37,503 nt of DNA from Nemertoderma westbladi (GCA_032718475.1 JAUCBJ010001466.1:1-37503), one strand, 5' to 3'; positions 12,055 to 23,624 are shown, counted from the stretch's first letter. Notes: generated by a model not told the origin, from the sequence alone. A program made the numbers and translations.

Positions 12055-12652
12055 TCTTTGACGTTACAGTGTTACCTTACAGCCTTACATAAACAGTAAA
12101 CACACTACATACACTAGGCAGCTAGGTCACCAGAACTACTGCTGTGCTGTACTGCATTTAAAGGGGCACAATTATGTTACAGCTGTAGTGGTTTAATGCA
12201 GTTAGGCTGGGACTACATACTGAACTGACTGACATACTACAGTACACAGTAGGGGTGGTGGCTTGGTGTGATCTGTGGTCTATGTGGTGTCTATGTTTGG
12301 TATGTATGAGTTGACCAGACTCTTTACTGTCTCCGATCGGCTGCCGAAACGTGCCTTTTCTCAGGGTAGCACTATTGGAATGGAGGTGTTGCATCGGAAT
12401 GGGCAGGATTCTGATGATTCTGTTGGTACTACTATTGGAATGGAGGTAGCACCTGGAATATCTGCTGCAAGGGAGGGGGTGGTGTTGTAGTGTGGTCCGA
12501 GTAAATGATACTCTGGAATCTGTGGTTTGTGTGTGGACGATCAGTGGCAGTTTGCTTGAGCTTTCTGTTGCTGTGGGTACGTGGTATACGTGAGTGTGTG
12601 TATGGCCACTGCGAGTGAGTGTGGGAAACCTTGCCAGTTGGTTCAGTCGCCG

Positions 12653-13366
12653 GGTAACGCGTCATTAGGTCCTTTGGTCGTTAGGTCCCGCGTCATTAGG
12701 TCCTGTGAGTGGTCGTTAGGTCCTGCGGCATTAGGTCCTGCGGCGTTAAGTCCTGCGTCATTAGGTCCTGCGACATTAGGTCTTCTATAATAGCGTCATT
12801 AGGTCCTTTGGTCGTTAGGTCCTCTGCGGCTTTGGCGATTGGGGGGTTTCCAGATTTTTCAACATAAAACAGGACGAGCGCAACGAGGCTTGTAATGTTC
12901 TATGGCGACGAGTACTGCGTCCCTAAACCATTCTCCTAAACCAATTGACTAGCACAGTTCCCATGAGCACTGCTCATACGACCTACAAAAATAGTTCACA
13001 TAAATAGAAAAAAGTTCCCCCTCCCTCCCGCTCCCAAATAAACGCCCACTCAAAACTTGATTCAAATAGCCGCACTACTTTTATCTTCAACATTACTAAC
13101 ACATTCTCAATCATCTTATCGCTAAATGTCTTAAATATAATGTCCTGCTGTCAGCCTGTTCACTGTACAGTAGTGGAATACAGGACCTAACGACGCAGGC
13201 AGGCAGGACCTAACGACGCTCCACAGGACCTAACGTCGCACGATATGACACAACAGGACCTAATGACGCAGGACCTAATGTCGCAGGACCTAATGCCTCA
13301 GGACCTAACGACGCAGGACCTAACGACGCAGGACCTAACGACCAAAGGACCCAACGACGCGGAACC
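12653..13366. mobile_element. Foldback-type MITE with arrays of 15-bp subterminal repeats (Mutator/Foldback- or Merlin-like)
   Basis: Left array of gcgtc(a/g)ttaggtcct (about 12659-12823) and inverted right array of aggacctaacgacgc (about 13182-13360). Termini GGTAACGCG...CGCGGAACC. Direct repeat agtcgccg at 12645-12652 and 13367-13374 (9 bp if the preceding c is counted). Confidence 0.88.
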
Positions 13367-14015
13367 AGTCGCCGCTGGTTATTAGTACTGTAGGACGGTA
13401 TCTTTACTGCTCCCCAGCATAAGTTATTTTGCCCTGACGGCAAAATAAGGTACTCTCGACTCTTTTATCAGTCGATACAATTTTGTCCCCTCTGATTTTG
13501 TCACCGATTTGTCTTTCCCGATTATGTCCTCTGTGTGTGCATGGTATGTGTCCGATTTTGTGTTTACCGTTGTGTACTTGATTTCGTGAGCATCTGTTGA
13601 GTACACTGTTCTGTACAGTGACTAGTAAGTGGTGACTTGTTCCTAGCTTTTAAGCTATACAGTATTGTCTTTCAATACTGCCGGCGAGGCGGGTGAAAAC
13701 GTGTCAATATTCCATGTTGGGTAGCGCAAGCCCACTTGGGACAAGACCGTCAGTTTGGCTCAAGGGCGACCTTGATGCTCGATCGCTATCGACTGGTCCA
13801 CCCGCCGGTTGACTCTCTGAGTTGGCTCAATGTACAGTCAGGCCACAGTAAGTTGACAGTAGCCGACCATCTGGCTACACGTGCGACGAGCTGTGCCGGT
13901 GTGATCGGGGGATTGAAAATTGAACCCGGGAAGCATCGGGCTACCCTCCGGCCCAGTCTGATAAAACATCAGTCGGACTGGCCCCAAGGGTGGTGGGACA
14001 GCGTCCGCCTCGTGG

Positions 14016-16076
14016 GTGCGCCTCGGGGAGGAGCCCAGAAGGATGCAAGCGAGGTTTCTGACTGAGAAGATCAGTTACCAAGAACATGAAGATACTAATA
14101 AGCAGATACTGAGACTCCTGCAATGCTACGAAGATTCCGATAAGTATTTCCTGTTGTTGAGAAATCCACGGATGCGCTTAAGGGATCGTTTCTCTAGCAC
14201 AATGATAGATGGGTTAATACGTGTCGGAGGGAGATTAACCAATGCTCCATTGTCCTTTGACACTAAGTTTCCCATACTCATTAGAAATCTTGAAATACAA
14301 ATCAAGATGATTGTAGATGTTCACAGTAGACTTTACCATGCTGGTAGAGAACGAGTTCTTAGTGAAATTCGAACTCGCTATTATTTCCATAAGCCCCGTA
14401 GAGCTCTAAACCAAGTTCTTAGGAACTGTATACCCTGTAGGAAAGCATTTAGTAGGCAACACAGCAAGAGGCAGAATTACCTAGGGGACGAGTAAGCTTC
14501 TATGAACCACCCTTTTCTAATACTGGTGTGGATTTATTTGGCCCTATTGAAGTATATCGTGCTAGGACTATAGTCAAGCGATGGTGTGTCATCTTTGTCT
14601 GTATGACTTGTAGAGCGATCCATCTAGATATGGTGAACAATCTATCTACCAACAGCTTCATACTGAGTTTACGCCGACAGATCGCTCGTTTTGGGACTAG
14701 CAACACTATGAGATCCGACAAAAGAACGAACTTCATTGGCGCCAATAATGAGATCAAAGCTTACGTGAAAGATTGGAACCAAAGACAGGTGGGCGATCAG
14801 CTAAGGGTAACGGCATCTAGCTGGACCTACAACGCCGCTGACGCCCCTTGGTGGGGAGGAAGTTGGGAGAGACTAATACGAAGCGTGAAGACCGCATTTC
14901 ACTTTATAGTGCCATGCCGCGCGTATCTCACCGACAAACTTTTGCGGACGTTAAGATCTTACGGATGAGAGACTGCCCAAACGTGCTGATACAATCTTCC
15001 CTCACTTACCTCGGGCTAACCAGTAACGCGTCAAACAAATACGCTGGGATTTTTTCTACGTATGTTAAATCGACACTCCATTATCCTCTGCCGAAACTCT
15101 CATCACTTTTAACCTACAGATACAGCAAAGTATCACTTTTGGGAAGAATAGATCTGAACTCTCTCACCAACCAACAGTGCATTGCACGGAATTTTATAGT
15201 AGAATGTTACAACTCTTCATTGCCAATAACCTTGAAACATGATCGTATTCTAAATTTTTTTAATGTATATAAACGGTAGTGTGTCCCAGGTCCCACAAAC
15301 AATAGTGTCAATAAACTGGTAGATTGTTGCCAGCGAATTATATAGTGTAACTGGTTTTTACTCGCATCGTTGTTTCTAGGGTTGTTTCCTTGGTTTTGTG
15401 TAATATTTGTACATATTTTATTTCATTTTTACTGATAATTCAATTAAATGCTAGCTTGACTAGCGCTTGCGCGCAATTGGCGCGATAAAAAAAAAAAAAA
15501 AATGGAAGAAATCGCCGCCTACTTAACGAGAGACCGCTTATGCCAGTCTCATCGAGTCCCGACTCCCTAGAAGCGCTAATACCCGCGCATTTCCTACTAA
15601 AGAAACCTGTAGCCATGCTCCCGCAATCGGAAATCACGGACGGAGACGAATACTGCCGACAAACTTGGCAACTTATGCAGTTATTATCCCGTCGTTTCGC
15701 TGACCATTTCGAAAAACATTATCTTCCTACGCTACAACTTCGAACAAAGTGGTTTGCGCAGCAAGAAAACGTCAGCGCCGGAGACATGGTCTTTATCGTG
15801 GAATCAGATCTTCCACGTAAGAGGTGGCAGACAGGTCGTATCATCGAGACTCATATATCCGATGATGGTTTAGTGCGATCGGTAGAACTCGTCGTCATGC
15901 GACGTAACTTTAAGAAACCTGGAATTGTATTCGAAACACAACAACTTAATCGCCCAGTTGGTTGTTTATCTTTACTGGAAAGAGACCGAGAGTTGTCCGG
16001 TAACTATGGAAGGCAAGAGACTCTTCCCACGACCACCTCCTTAATCCAACAAACATCTAGGGACTCCCCAACGTAA
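14016..16076 (+). mobile_element. BEL/Pao LTR retrotransposon pol 3' part (integrase), disrupted
   Basis: DGLIRVGGRL, HHCC zinc finger (H..LYHAG...CIPCRK), GVDLFGP, CMTCRAIHLD, SDKRTNF, PWWGGSWERLIRSVK, LNERPL, LIPAHFL, YLPTLQLRTKW, W..GRIIE...DGLVRSV. Frameshift near 14460-14500 and an insertion at 14954-15501. Confidence 0.93.
14954..15501 (+). mobile_element. Poly(A)-tailed retroposed insert, probably the 3' end of a 5'-truncated LINE
   Basis: Splits the integrase between LLRTL and MEEI..LNERPL. Contains an open frame to 15279, a T-rich UTR, a GC-rich terminal segment and an A16 run at 15487-15502. Confidence 0.75.
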
Positions 16077-16084
16077 CAGTGTTT

Positions 16085-16500
16085 GGAGTGGGTGTATGAC
16101 TACATTATTTTATTTATTTTTTATTTTTATATCTATGTATGCATTATTATGTAATTTTACTAAGATAATCGTTTTCTTTAGTTTTATTTAGTAGAATAAT
16201 ATTTTAACGATTATTCAGTAGAATAGTGCAATATATTAGTGTTTTATTACTTAATTACTTATTATAATATATTTTGTTTAACGGCGAGAAATAATTCATT
16301 TTCTCTTTCCTTACTGTCCATATCATACTATAAATACGTGACTACAGTAAGATGAAATGTCAGTACTTATTAAAGTACAAAATACCGCCCCTACTATACT
16401 CAAGTATTATTGGTAAGTAGAGTATTAGGAATGCAAAGTTCAGATCCTCGTGTCTCGGCTAAACCAAGCTCTGGGTAGACCTTGGAAACGACTTGCCTAT
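16085..16500 (+). mobile_element. Possible PPT and degraded 3' LTR of the BEL/Pao element
   Basis: G-rich ggagtgggtg immediately after the pol stop, then AT-rich sequence with tataaata near 16329. The right boundary is not defined. Confidence 0.3.
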
Positions 16501-16589
16501 TCTCATTGACATTGCTTCATGCAATATTGCTCTCATACCGTTTATTAAATAATACATATAGTAGAATGATGTCCATTTAACAGTAGCGT

Positions 16590-16990
16590 TGAAACTTTAA
16601 TTATTAAATATTAACAAACATTATTAATATTAATAATGTTATCAAACAAATCTGTTAATAAATCTTCAAATAAATCTGTTAAACCCTTTGACCATCTGAA
16701 ATTCTAGTCGATTAAGATATCGCGGCACCCACCGATATACTTGAAAGACAAAATTCTAGAATCAGTGGTTAACGTCCCCAGACGAATAAATTGGTGCTCA
16801 TCCTAAATATTAAATATTTAATAAATATTTACAACGTTTGTTATAACAAATGTTAAAATATAGAAAAGTTATAAATTAAATCTGTTAAAACTTTAGATCC
16901 TCTAAAATTCTAGTCGATTAAGATATCGTAGCACTTACCGATACTCTTAAAAGACAAATTTCTGGAATTAAGGATCCTAGTCCCCAGACA
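16590..16990. repeat. Diverged ~205-bp tandem duplication
   Basis: aaatctgttaaa...aaattctagtcgattaagatatcg...gtccccagac occurs at about 16672-16782 and 16878-16989, each preceded by a similar AT-rich stretch. Confidence 0.8.
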
Positions 16991-17630
16991 CATGTACAGT
17001 CAATAGCCGATAAAATTCATAAAATCATGTATAAGGGGAATATTGACAATTAAAGAATCACTATTAAATAGCATCCCAGATCTGTATGCATGAGAATTAC
17101 TCTAATTCTACCGCTAGCTTTCCATAATGTCACCATAGTAACAACCATGCTAGAATTAGAAGCGAGTTAAAAGAACAATAGAAATCTTGCCCCATTGAAT
17201 AGCATGCGGAATAAATAGCACCTTGCTAGTATCCAGGGATACATAATAATAACGTGGCATTCTGGAAGGCATTTGACTAATGGACAAATGGCCCGAATTT
17301 GTACAAATTGTGACAGGAATGTTGAATTTGTGTATTTATAGGTGAATGTTACTACTAAAGTGTGTTTACAGTAGCGAGTCGCAGTTGTGAAAGTTACCCT
17401 GCCTCTATAGCAAGTACCTCCAGTATATCTAAGCTCTTGGGACGGACAGTGGAGTGACTCGCGCTGGTTATTGTTGTCGTTGTGTAGCTACTACGTTGGC
17501 GAGAGGCACAGCGGCGACAGTACATCAGTGCTGACGATCTTGCGCTGTCCGGGGGCACTGAGGGGGAGGCAGCGACGATCGCTAGCCTAATTATTATTAA
17601 CTCTAATATCAATAAACTTATATAGCAGCT

Positions 17631-19927
17631 ATGACTGAGTTAATAGAAGATGATCTTGGTATCAGGGAGCGATATACCCTACCATTGCAAGCGTTTGTTG
17701 ATAGTTTAATAAGCGGCGACGCTAGTCAACATACTACGGAAGATGATGGCTGTTATATCGAACCGCCAATGTCAAAGGAACAGCTCAAGCGTGAATTGGA
17801 CTATAGAAAATTCACCACTCGCTATACGCATCATAATGGTACGTATATGGACTTCTTAACTACTGGTCATCCTATCGATTTACACGATACGGAGGATGTA
17901 GACACCGAAAGGGAAATGATTCTATTTAAATATCATACCCAGCGGAGTCGGAATAATAAACTGAGAATCGAACATGAAAATTCTATTCGAAACCGACTCG
18001 AAAGAGAAGATGTTGAAGAGCTGGATAAATGCAGTGACTTCAACGAATAATTGGAATTCTTGAGAGAAACATATCTCAATGTAGCCAGTCAACAAAATCT
18101 AGAAACTCGATATCCTCAAGGTATACATCATAACCCTATGATAGAACTCAAACGACTCTATTTTACTATGATGTATCTTACCGCCGATCGACCGCTACCT
18201 GTTGTACCGGATAGCTTCGAACAGATGGAGGAATATTGTAAAACTGGAGAAAGATCACCAGCATTTCCCCTACAAGATGTGCGTCTTTGGTATTACTGCG
18301 ATGAATGCCCTAGACCCAACCAACAAACGGAAAGACAAAAACATCCGCGGAGACGTTGCGCTAAACACAGTTTTACTCGCTATACTTACGGGAGTTTCGA
18401 GCGAAACTTGTTCAACATATCACCTACGCTCGCTTGACTCAAACGATCCTTAAATAAACCTATGATCAGAGTTCCGGAATACTCGGTCAGACCTCCTCAT
18501 TCCCTGGTGAGACCTCAGAATCTTGATCCTAATAGTATGACGGATCCTCCTGAACTGTACTCATTGTTCAAAGATCTAGTGTTACCCGAACAATTAGTTG
18601 GTGGCACTCCGGTTGTGGGCTCCCTGATATTTGCCCATCCTACCTAGCCGGATTGGGACGCGGACATCTAATATCGCCGTTCAACCCGTATAACCGGTTT
18701 AACCCCGATACAACCCATCACCGAGGTAGAGGAGAGTGTTGTACGAAACGCGTTAGACGCTATTCGACAAAAGATCGAAAAAGGAACCTACGATTGTTTA
18801 GACAAACGTAAATTGCAACTACAAGTCCAAGCGGTAAAATAATTAGCTTTACCCCAGTTCGATCGGGAAATCCAGAATCTCGAAGAAGATATCGAACTAG
18901 GACGAACCTACCTTCTACAAGAGTTTTTGAACGAACGCTTCCAACGACAAGGGGAGGAAAATCAGCTCGAGGAGAAACACATCGAAATGGATGAGAGAGA
19001 AGAAGCAGCTTTAGCCCAGCCAGAAGCTCAAATCCTTATGACTGATCTCTATTCCAAAACCATTATGGATCCTTCGATGGTTCCCCATTTCGGAGACAAA
19101 CTCTTCGCCACAGTACAACCCCAACTGGTTGATATCAACTTAAGATGTAGAGATCTTATCGCTGACGCTCCTATGTTACAACGTCCGCCAATCGAGGCTG
19201 CTCCTGTTGACGGTATACTCGTTGAACCTCCGGACAATCGAGCGGATCTTGTCCGTCGTATGGTACACGAGGTCAACCTACATGCTAGACCTTTACCGAA
19301 CTCATTTTATGGGATCAAAGATCACCCCTATTATGTCAATTTAACTCAATATTATATGCTTCCGTCGAGCAAAAATCTCGCACTCCTAGCTACAAGCTGA
19401 TGAAGCGTGTTGGCGAGAATATTTCAACTAAATTTGTTCGCAAGTATCTTAGGAATATTAATCCTAATAACCTGAATTCCTATAACTTGATCAACTTCAT
19501 CCGTCAAGATCCGGAATACGGTGACTTGTTCATAAACTCGCATCCAGAGCTACAAGAAGTTCATAGACGACCATATGAATATAAAGCCAGAGAACGCGAG
19601 TTGGAAAGAACCATCAAACCGAGGAAATTTCTCACTACTCACGGTCAACCTACCGCTATCGTGCAAACGACCCATCAGGGACCAGTAAGAGTCCTGAAGC
19701 GCACTCTAAGAGTTGTTCAACCTCGTTCCACTGAGGTTGATATCGATCAACCGGGTACCTCGACTGGCGGATACACCGACCGTAATCCGAGACCTTCCGA
19801 TGCAATTGTATTGCACCCCTCACCCAGGTGTTATAGCCCTCCTAGTAAAGTGGCTCGCCCCAAAGAGAAAAGGACTCTTACTAGCCTCAAAAAACTTTGT
19901 AAACGCCGTTCACAAAAGAAGGACTAA
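17631..19927 (+). pseudogene. Orphan accessory ORF of the LTR element, about 765 codons, with several in-frame stops and one frameshift
   Basis: ORFs starting at 17631, 18051, 18462 and 18927 share one frame; a frameshift near 19360-19400 leads to 19400-19927. The homologue at 35878-36825 reads through the first stops. Confidence 0.8.
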
Positions 19928-20005
19928 TAGTTTAGAGTATTTTTGTATTTTAGAAACTGTGATTTTTTAGATTTTATAGACTTAAATCCCATTTTCTGGG
20001 AGCGG

Positions 20006-21107
20006 TGTAAAAGCTTTTGCGGACATAACAAGTCATTTTTACACAATGCGCAGAATACTCTAAAATAGCCCTAAAATTATTAAACTATTAGAACCAAGAT
20101 GACGAAATCTGTCAGCTGATTCTTTGTGTACGTGGAAGTTCTTTGTTCTGTCTTATTCAGCCAATCAGAGCAATTTTCACTTTACGGCTAACAGAAACCT
20201 ATCTAAGAAACTCGCGCAATGCATTATGGCCTTTATTATTATTTCTGAGAATTAGAACCAACTCTGAATTCTGTGCTTCTGTACGGAAGTTTCAGACTTT
20301 GGCCTAGGAACATCTGATGGCCTTGGTTATAGGAACGTAAATCTATTAACTTGTCACCTGCATTTCATCTCTCATTTCATACATTTGTATACATTACTTA
20401 CTTAACTCATTTCACCGCACTATTTTACTTCTGTTTTATAGTATTTATTGTTGTTATATTAATGGATGTTGATGTTATATTTGGAGAATACCGATAAATA
20501 ATCATAAACCCCTCAATCTTATTGATTACTGAGGTAAGAGGAATAGAGTCTACCGGTAGCAACTGCGACTTAAATTATAGTGGTTTGTGTGAATTAAATG
20601 CTATTTCATAATCCCTACGTATGTCAGTTGCAATCCTCCTTATATATGATCAAATTCAGTGATGGTCGGCAAATTAGTGTGAAATAGTGTAAAGTAGTGT
20701 GAAGTCGTGTGAAGTAGTGTGAAGGTTAATAAAGCATCTCCTAAAGAATGCGCTATTTACGAAACTCTGTGGCCATCTAGTTGTGATTAGTATAAGTCAA
20801 AACTCTGTTTTTATACTTAAAGCGCCACGTCCTAAAGGAACTGTTGGTATTTCCCCGAAAGTAAATATAGTTGTCAGAGATTATATAGTAGCGATCAATC
20901 GAATAATACAGTAGGTCTGCACAGCAATACTTCCCAAGGAATCCGAATCCAGTCTCCCACACCGTGGGTCATACGCCGCGCACGGACTGGCTTCGGCAGA
21001 TGTAACTTCAGTAAACCAGGTAATTGGTAAGGGCTAAAGTCGATTTATAAACAAGAGGACAACTAAAATTGGCAGGTTAAACTGCTAAAGGTCTAAAAGC
21101 GCGAACA
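20006..21107 (+). repeat. LTR (1102 bp, TGT...ACA)
   Basis: Canonical termini. E-box (cagctg), CCAAT (ccaatcagagc) and several identical blocks are shared with 34022-35227. Confidence 0.85.
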
Positions 21108-22371
21108 CAGATAGATCGACAGGAGACGACCCGAGAAGGAGGACTCACGATTCTACCAATGTCACACCGCGTGCATCGCCGGTACCGCAAACAGAAATAC
21201 CGGAAGCTGTAACGCGTGGCGACAGTAGAACCGAAGACTTCCTTACCATCCCGCAAACCAGATCGCGGGAACCGGACATACGAGTTCTACACCTTACAGG
21301 TAAGGATAGAAAGTAGGGTACATGCCTCCGTAGATAAACTTAAAGGTTTACACGAACTTGCAGAGTTGCGTGGCGACAACTTTATTCAAATAAAGATAAT
21401 AGATAAATTGGTAAGTGCGAGGGAAACCCTCATTCAGTTTAAGTTGGTTGTAGGATCGACTCAAAGAGAACAACTCGATCAACTGATGGGTGAGTCTGTT
21501 TCCGACGTGTTGCTGCAACCCGAAGAGGAAGAATAACTATACTGCCTGGACGGGAGATTAGAGACACTCACCAATTTTCTTCGTATTTGCGGCGTACCGA
21601 TTGAAGAACCGGAAGTTGTACCGAGAGGGACGATGGAAGTTCTAACCACGGAAGGCTTGCGAGCCTACCAAATTCCACCACTGGATAGATCGTTCGTTAG
21701 TATACGGAGCGACGTTGGCAATGTTAGTAGGCAACGTCGGTGATTACTCGACAACAACAGGAGGTCGCACACCAACAACAAGTCGCTGAGGAAGAAGCGC
21801 AATGACAGATGGCACAAGTTGCTATCGAGGGAGACAGACAACGCAGGGAGGATGAGGCGAAAATTGCGAAACTTCAGGCCCAAGCTGAATTTGAAGCCTC
21901 GGAAATGCGAAGACTGGAAGAGGATTTAGCGCGAGAAGCAGCAGCTGACGAGTTAGCGCGGAAGAAAGCAGCATCTGACACTCGTGCCCAGTTGGAGGCA
22001 TGGCAAATAAAATCTCGTTTAGCCATTCAGGAAGCGGAATTAGCGGCACAACAACAGGAGGCAGACCGACGCGAGAGAGAGAGGCAGCTCCAGTTCGAAT
22101 TAAATCGTAGATCACGTGAGTTAGCGAACGCATGAGAGGATCGCGAACTCAACGCGAGAGACAGATCTATAAGATCTCGAGATGGACATGACTTGTCTGC
22201 ATTGGATCGTATGGAGACTCGATATCGTGGAATCCAGAAGCGAATCGAGGCGGGAAGTGTGGGAGCGATAGATAGAGGAGAGGAGTTCGTTGAGGATTAC
22301 TGTAAACATTTTCCTGAAGTTATTCCCATGCTCAAACCCACGACTCCAGTGAAACCGATTATAGTTGTAAA

Positions 22372-23624
22372 TAATAATAATTAAATGCTTGAGTTAATAC
22401 AATTATTTTATTCTTTAATTGTCAAGCTGAAGTAAAAAACCTTACCGGTAGGTATGCCAGTACAGTACGATACAAATACTAAAATAAAAAAGCAACTGAC
22501 CATTAGACGTTGCATGCAATCAGTAATCAGCTGACGGCTGTCAGCTGATCAGTAGGCTGTGCCCCTGAGGCATACAAACGGGGGGTAGTTCGTGGAATGT
22601 TTCATCGCATTTTCAACGTCAGTAAGGGCGGGGATGGCTCCCAGCTCCTTTCTGCAATTGGCGAAGCTAACACCATTCTTAGCAATAACCAATATACGAA
22701 TGCGATGATTCAACGCGAGCTTACCGCCGTCCGTGCCGCTAGGGGGCGTCCTGGCAATTGTAGTGAGAGCGAGGTGACTGCGGTTGCACCCACTGAGGTC
22801 ATTGACCTGGTGGATCCAGCACCCGTAGATAATCCCAGGCCTATCATCTGTAAGTTTGAGTACCGCGGTCGGGCTACCGAACTTTTCGTTCGTAGGCTAC
22901 GTGGTCTAGTACCGAGATCTTGCGCACGGCCAGTGCGGTTTGTTTACACAACTGCCAAACTGCGCCAATCACTGCCATCATTGAAACATCCGGTTCCCGA
23001 TATTCTGGCTTCTAACGTCGTGTATTCATTTGCTTGTCCCTCTTGTAAGGGGGAATATGTTGGACATACCATCCAACACTTATTTGAACGCGTTAGACAG
23101 CATCAAGACGGGTCGGCCAATGATGGTAGTGAACAAGGCAAGACAGTTCACAACCATATCATGACGCACCGCGGGGAGCCCAACACACGTTGGTTGACTG
23201 ACTGGCGAGAGTTGTTCAAACACTTCAAGGTTATTGCACGGCACCCTTTGCGTCCTGTCCTGCAAAAACTAGAAATGTTTTATATACGCACTCGCCAGCC
23301 AGCTATTAACAAGCAGAAACGTGATTGGCGCAAGTTTGAGGTGCTGCTTCCCAGTGGTTAGACGGATACACTTCTACCTTGTTTCACTTTACCGTCCTGT
23401 CTCCCTTGGGAACTTCTATCTATTGTCTCCTTTCTAGCACTAGCTACTTGAGAAAGCCCCCATTGGGGCGAAACCTACTGATCAGCTGACAGCCGTCAGC
23501 TGATTACTGATTGCATGCAACGTCTAATGGTCAGTTGCTTTTTTATTTTAGTATTTGTATCGTACTGTACTGGCATACCTACCGGTAAGGTTTTTTACTT
23601 CAGCTTGACAATTAAAGAATAAAA
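22372..23624 (+). mobile_element. 5'-truncated Penelope-like element with 153-bp inverted terminal arms
   Basis: Inverted repeats at 22404-22556 and 23474-23626 with no mismatch seen. TSD tatagttgtaaa at 22360-22371 and 23625-23636. Hammerhead-like motif at 23447-23474. Confidence 0.93.
22597..23361 (+). CDS. Penelope ORF C-terminus: post-RT linker and GIY-YIG endonuclease
   Basis: NVVYSFACPSCKGEYVGHT...ERVRQH...VHNHI...LEMFYI.....AINKQ is the PLE GIY-YIG with CCHH. The RT core is absent. Confidence 0.9.
   Translation: MFHRIFNVSKGGDGSQLLSAIGEANTILSNNQYTNAMIQRELTAVRAARGRPGNCSESEVTAVAPTEVIDLVDPAPVDNPRPIICKFEYRGRATELFVRRLRGLVPRSCARPVRFVYTTAKLRQSLPSLKHPVPDILASNVVYSFACPSCKGEYVGHTIQHLFERVRQHQDGSANDGSEQGKTVHNHIMTHRGEPNTRWLTDWRELFKHFKVIARHPLRPVLQKLEMFYIRTRQPAINKQKRDWRKFEVLLPSG

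Larger units (their letters stand above)
16990..21107 (+). mobile_element. Unclassified LTR retroelement, 3' part (copy 1): leader, orphan ORF, PPT, 3' LTR
   Basis: Colinear homology with the reverse complement of 34022-37465. ttctgggagcgg is followed by TGTAAAAGC; the shared homology ends exactly at AAAGCGCGAACA. Confidence 0.85.

Noticed and set aside
13424-13606. 60-aa minus-strand ORF with a possible acceptor
   Set aside because: Short, no recognisable motif and a weak splice context; cannot be supported.
17631-19927. Orphan ORF as an env glycoprotein or viral capsid
   Set aside because: No signal peptide, transmembrane helix or Cys-rich ectodomain, and no recognisable viral hallmark motif.
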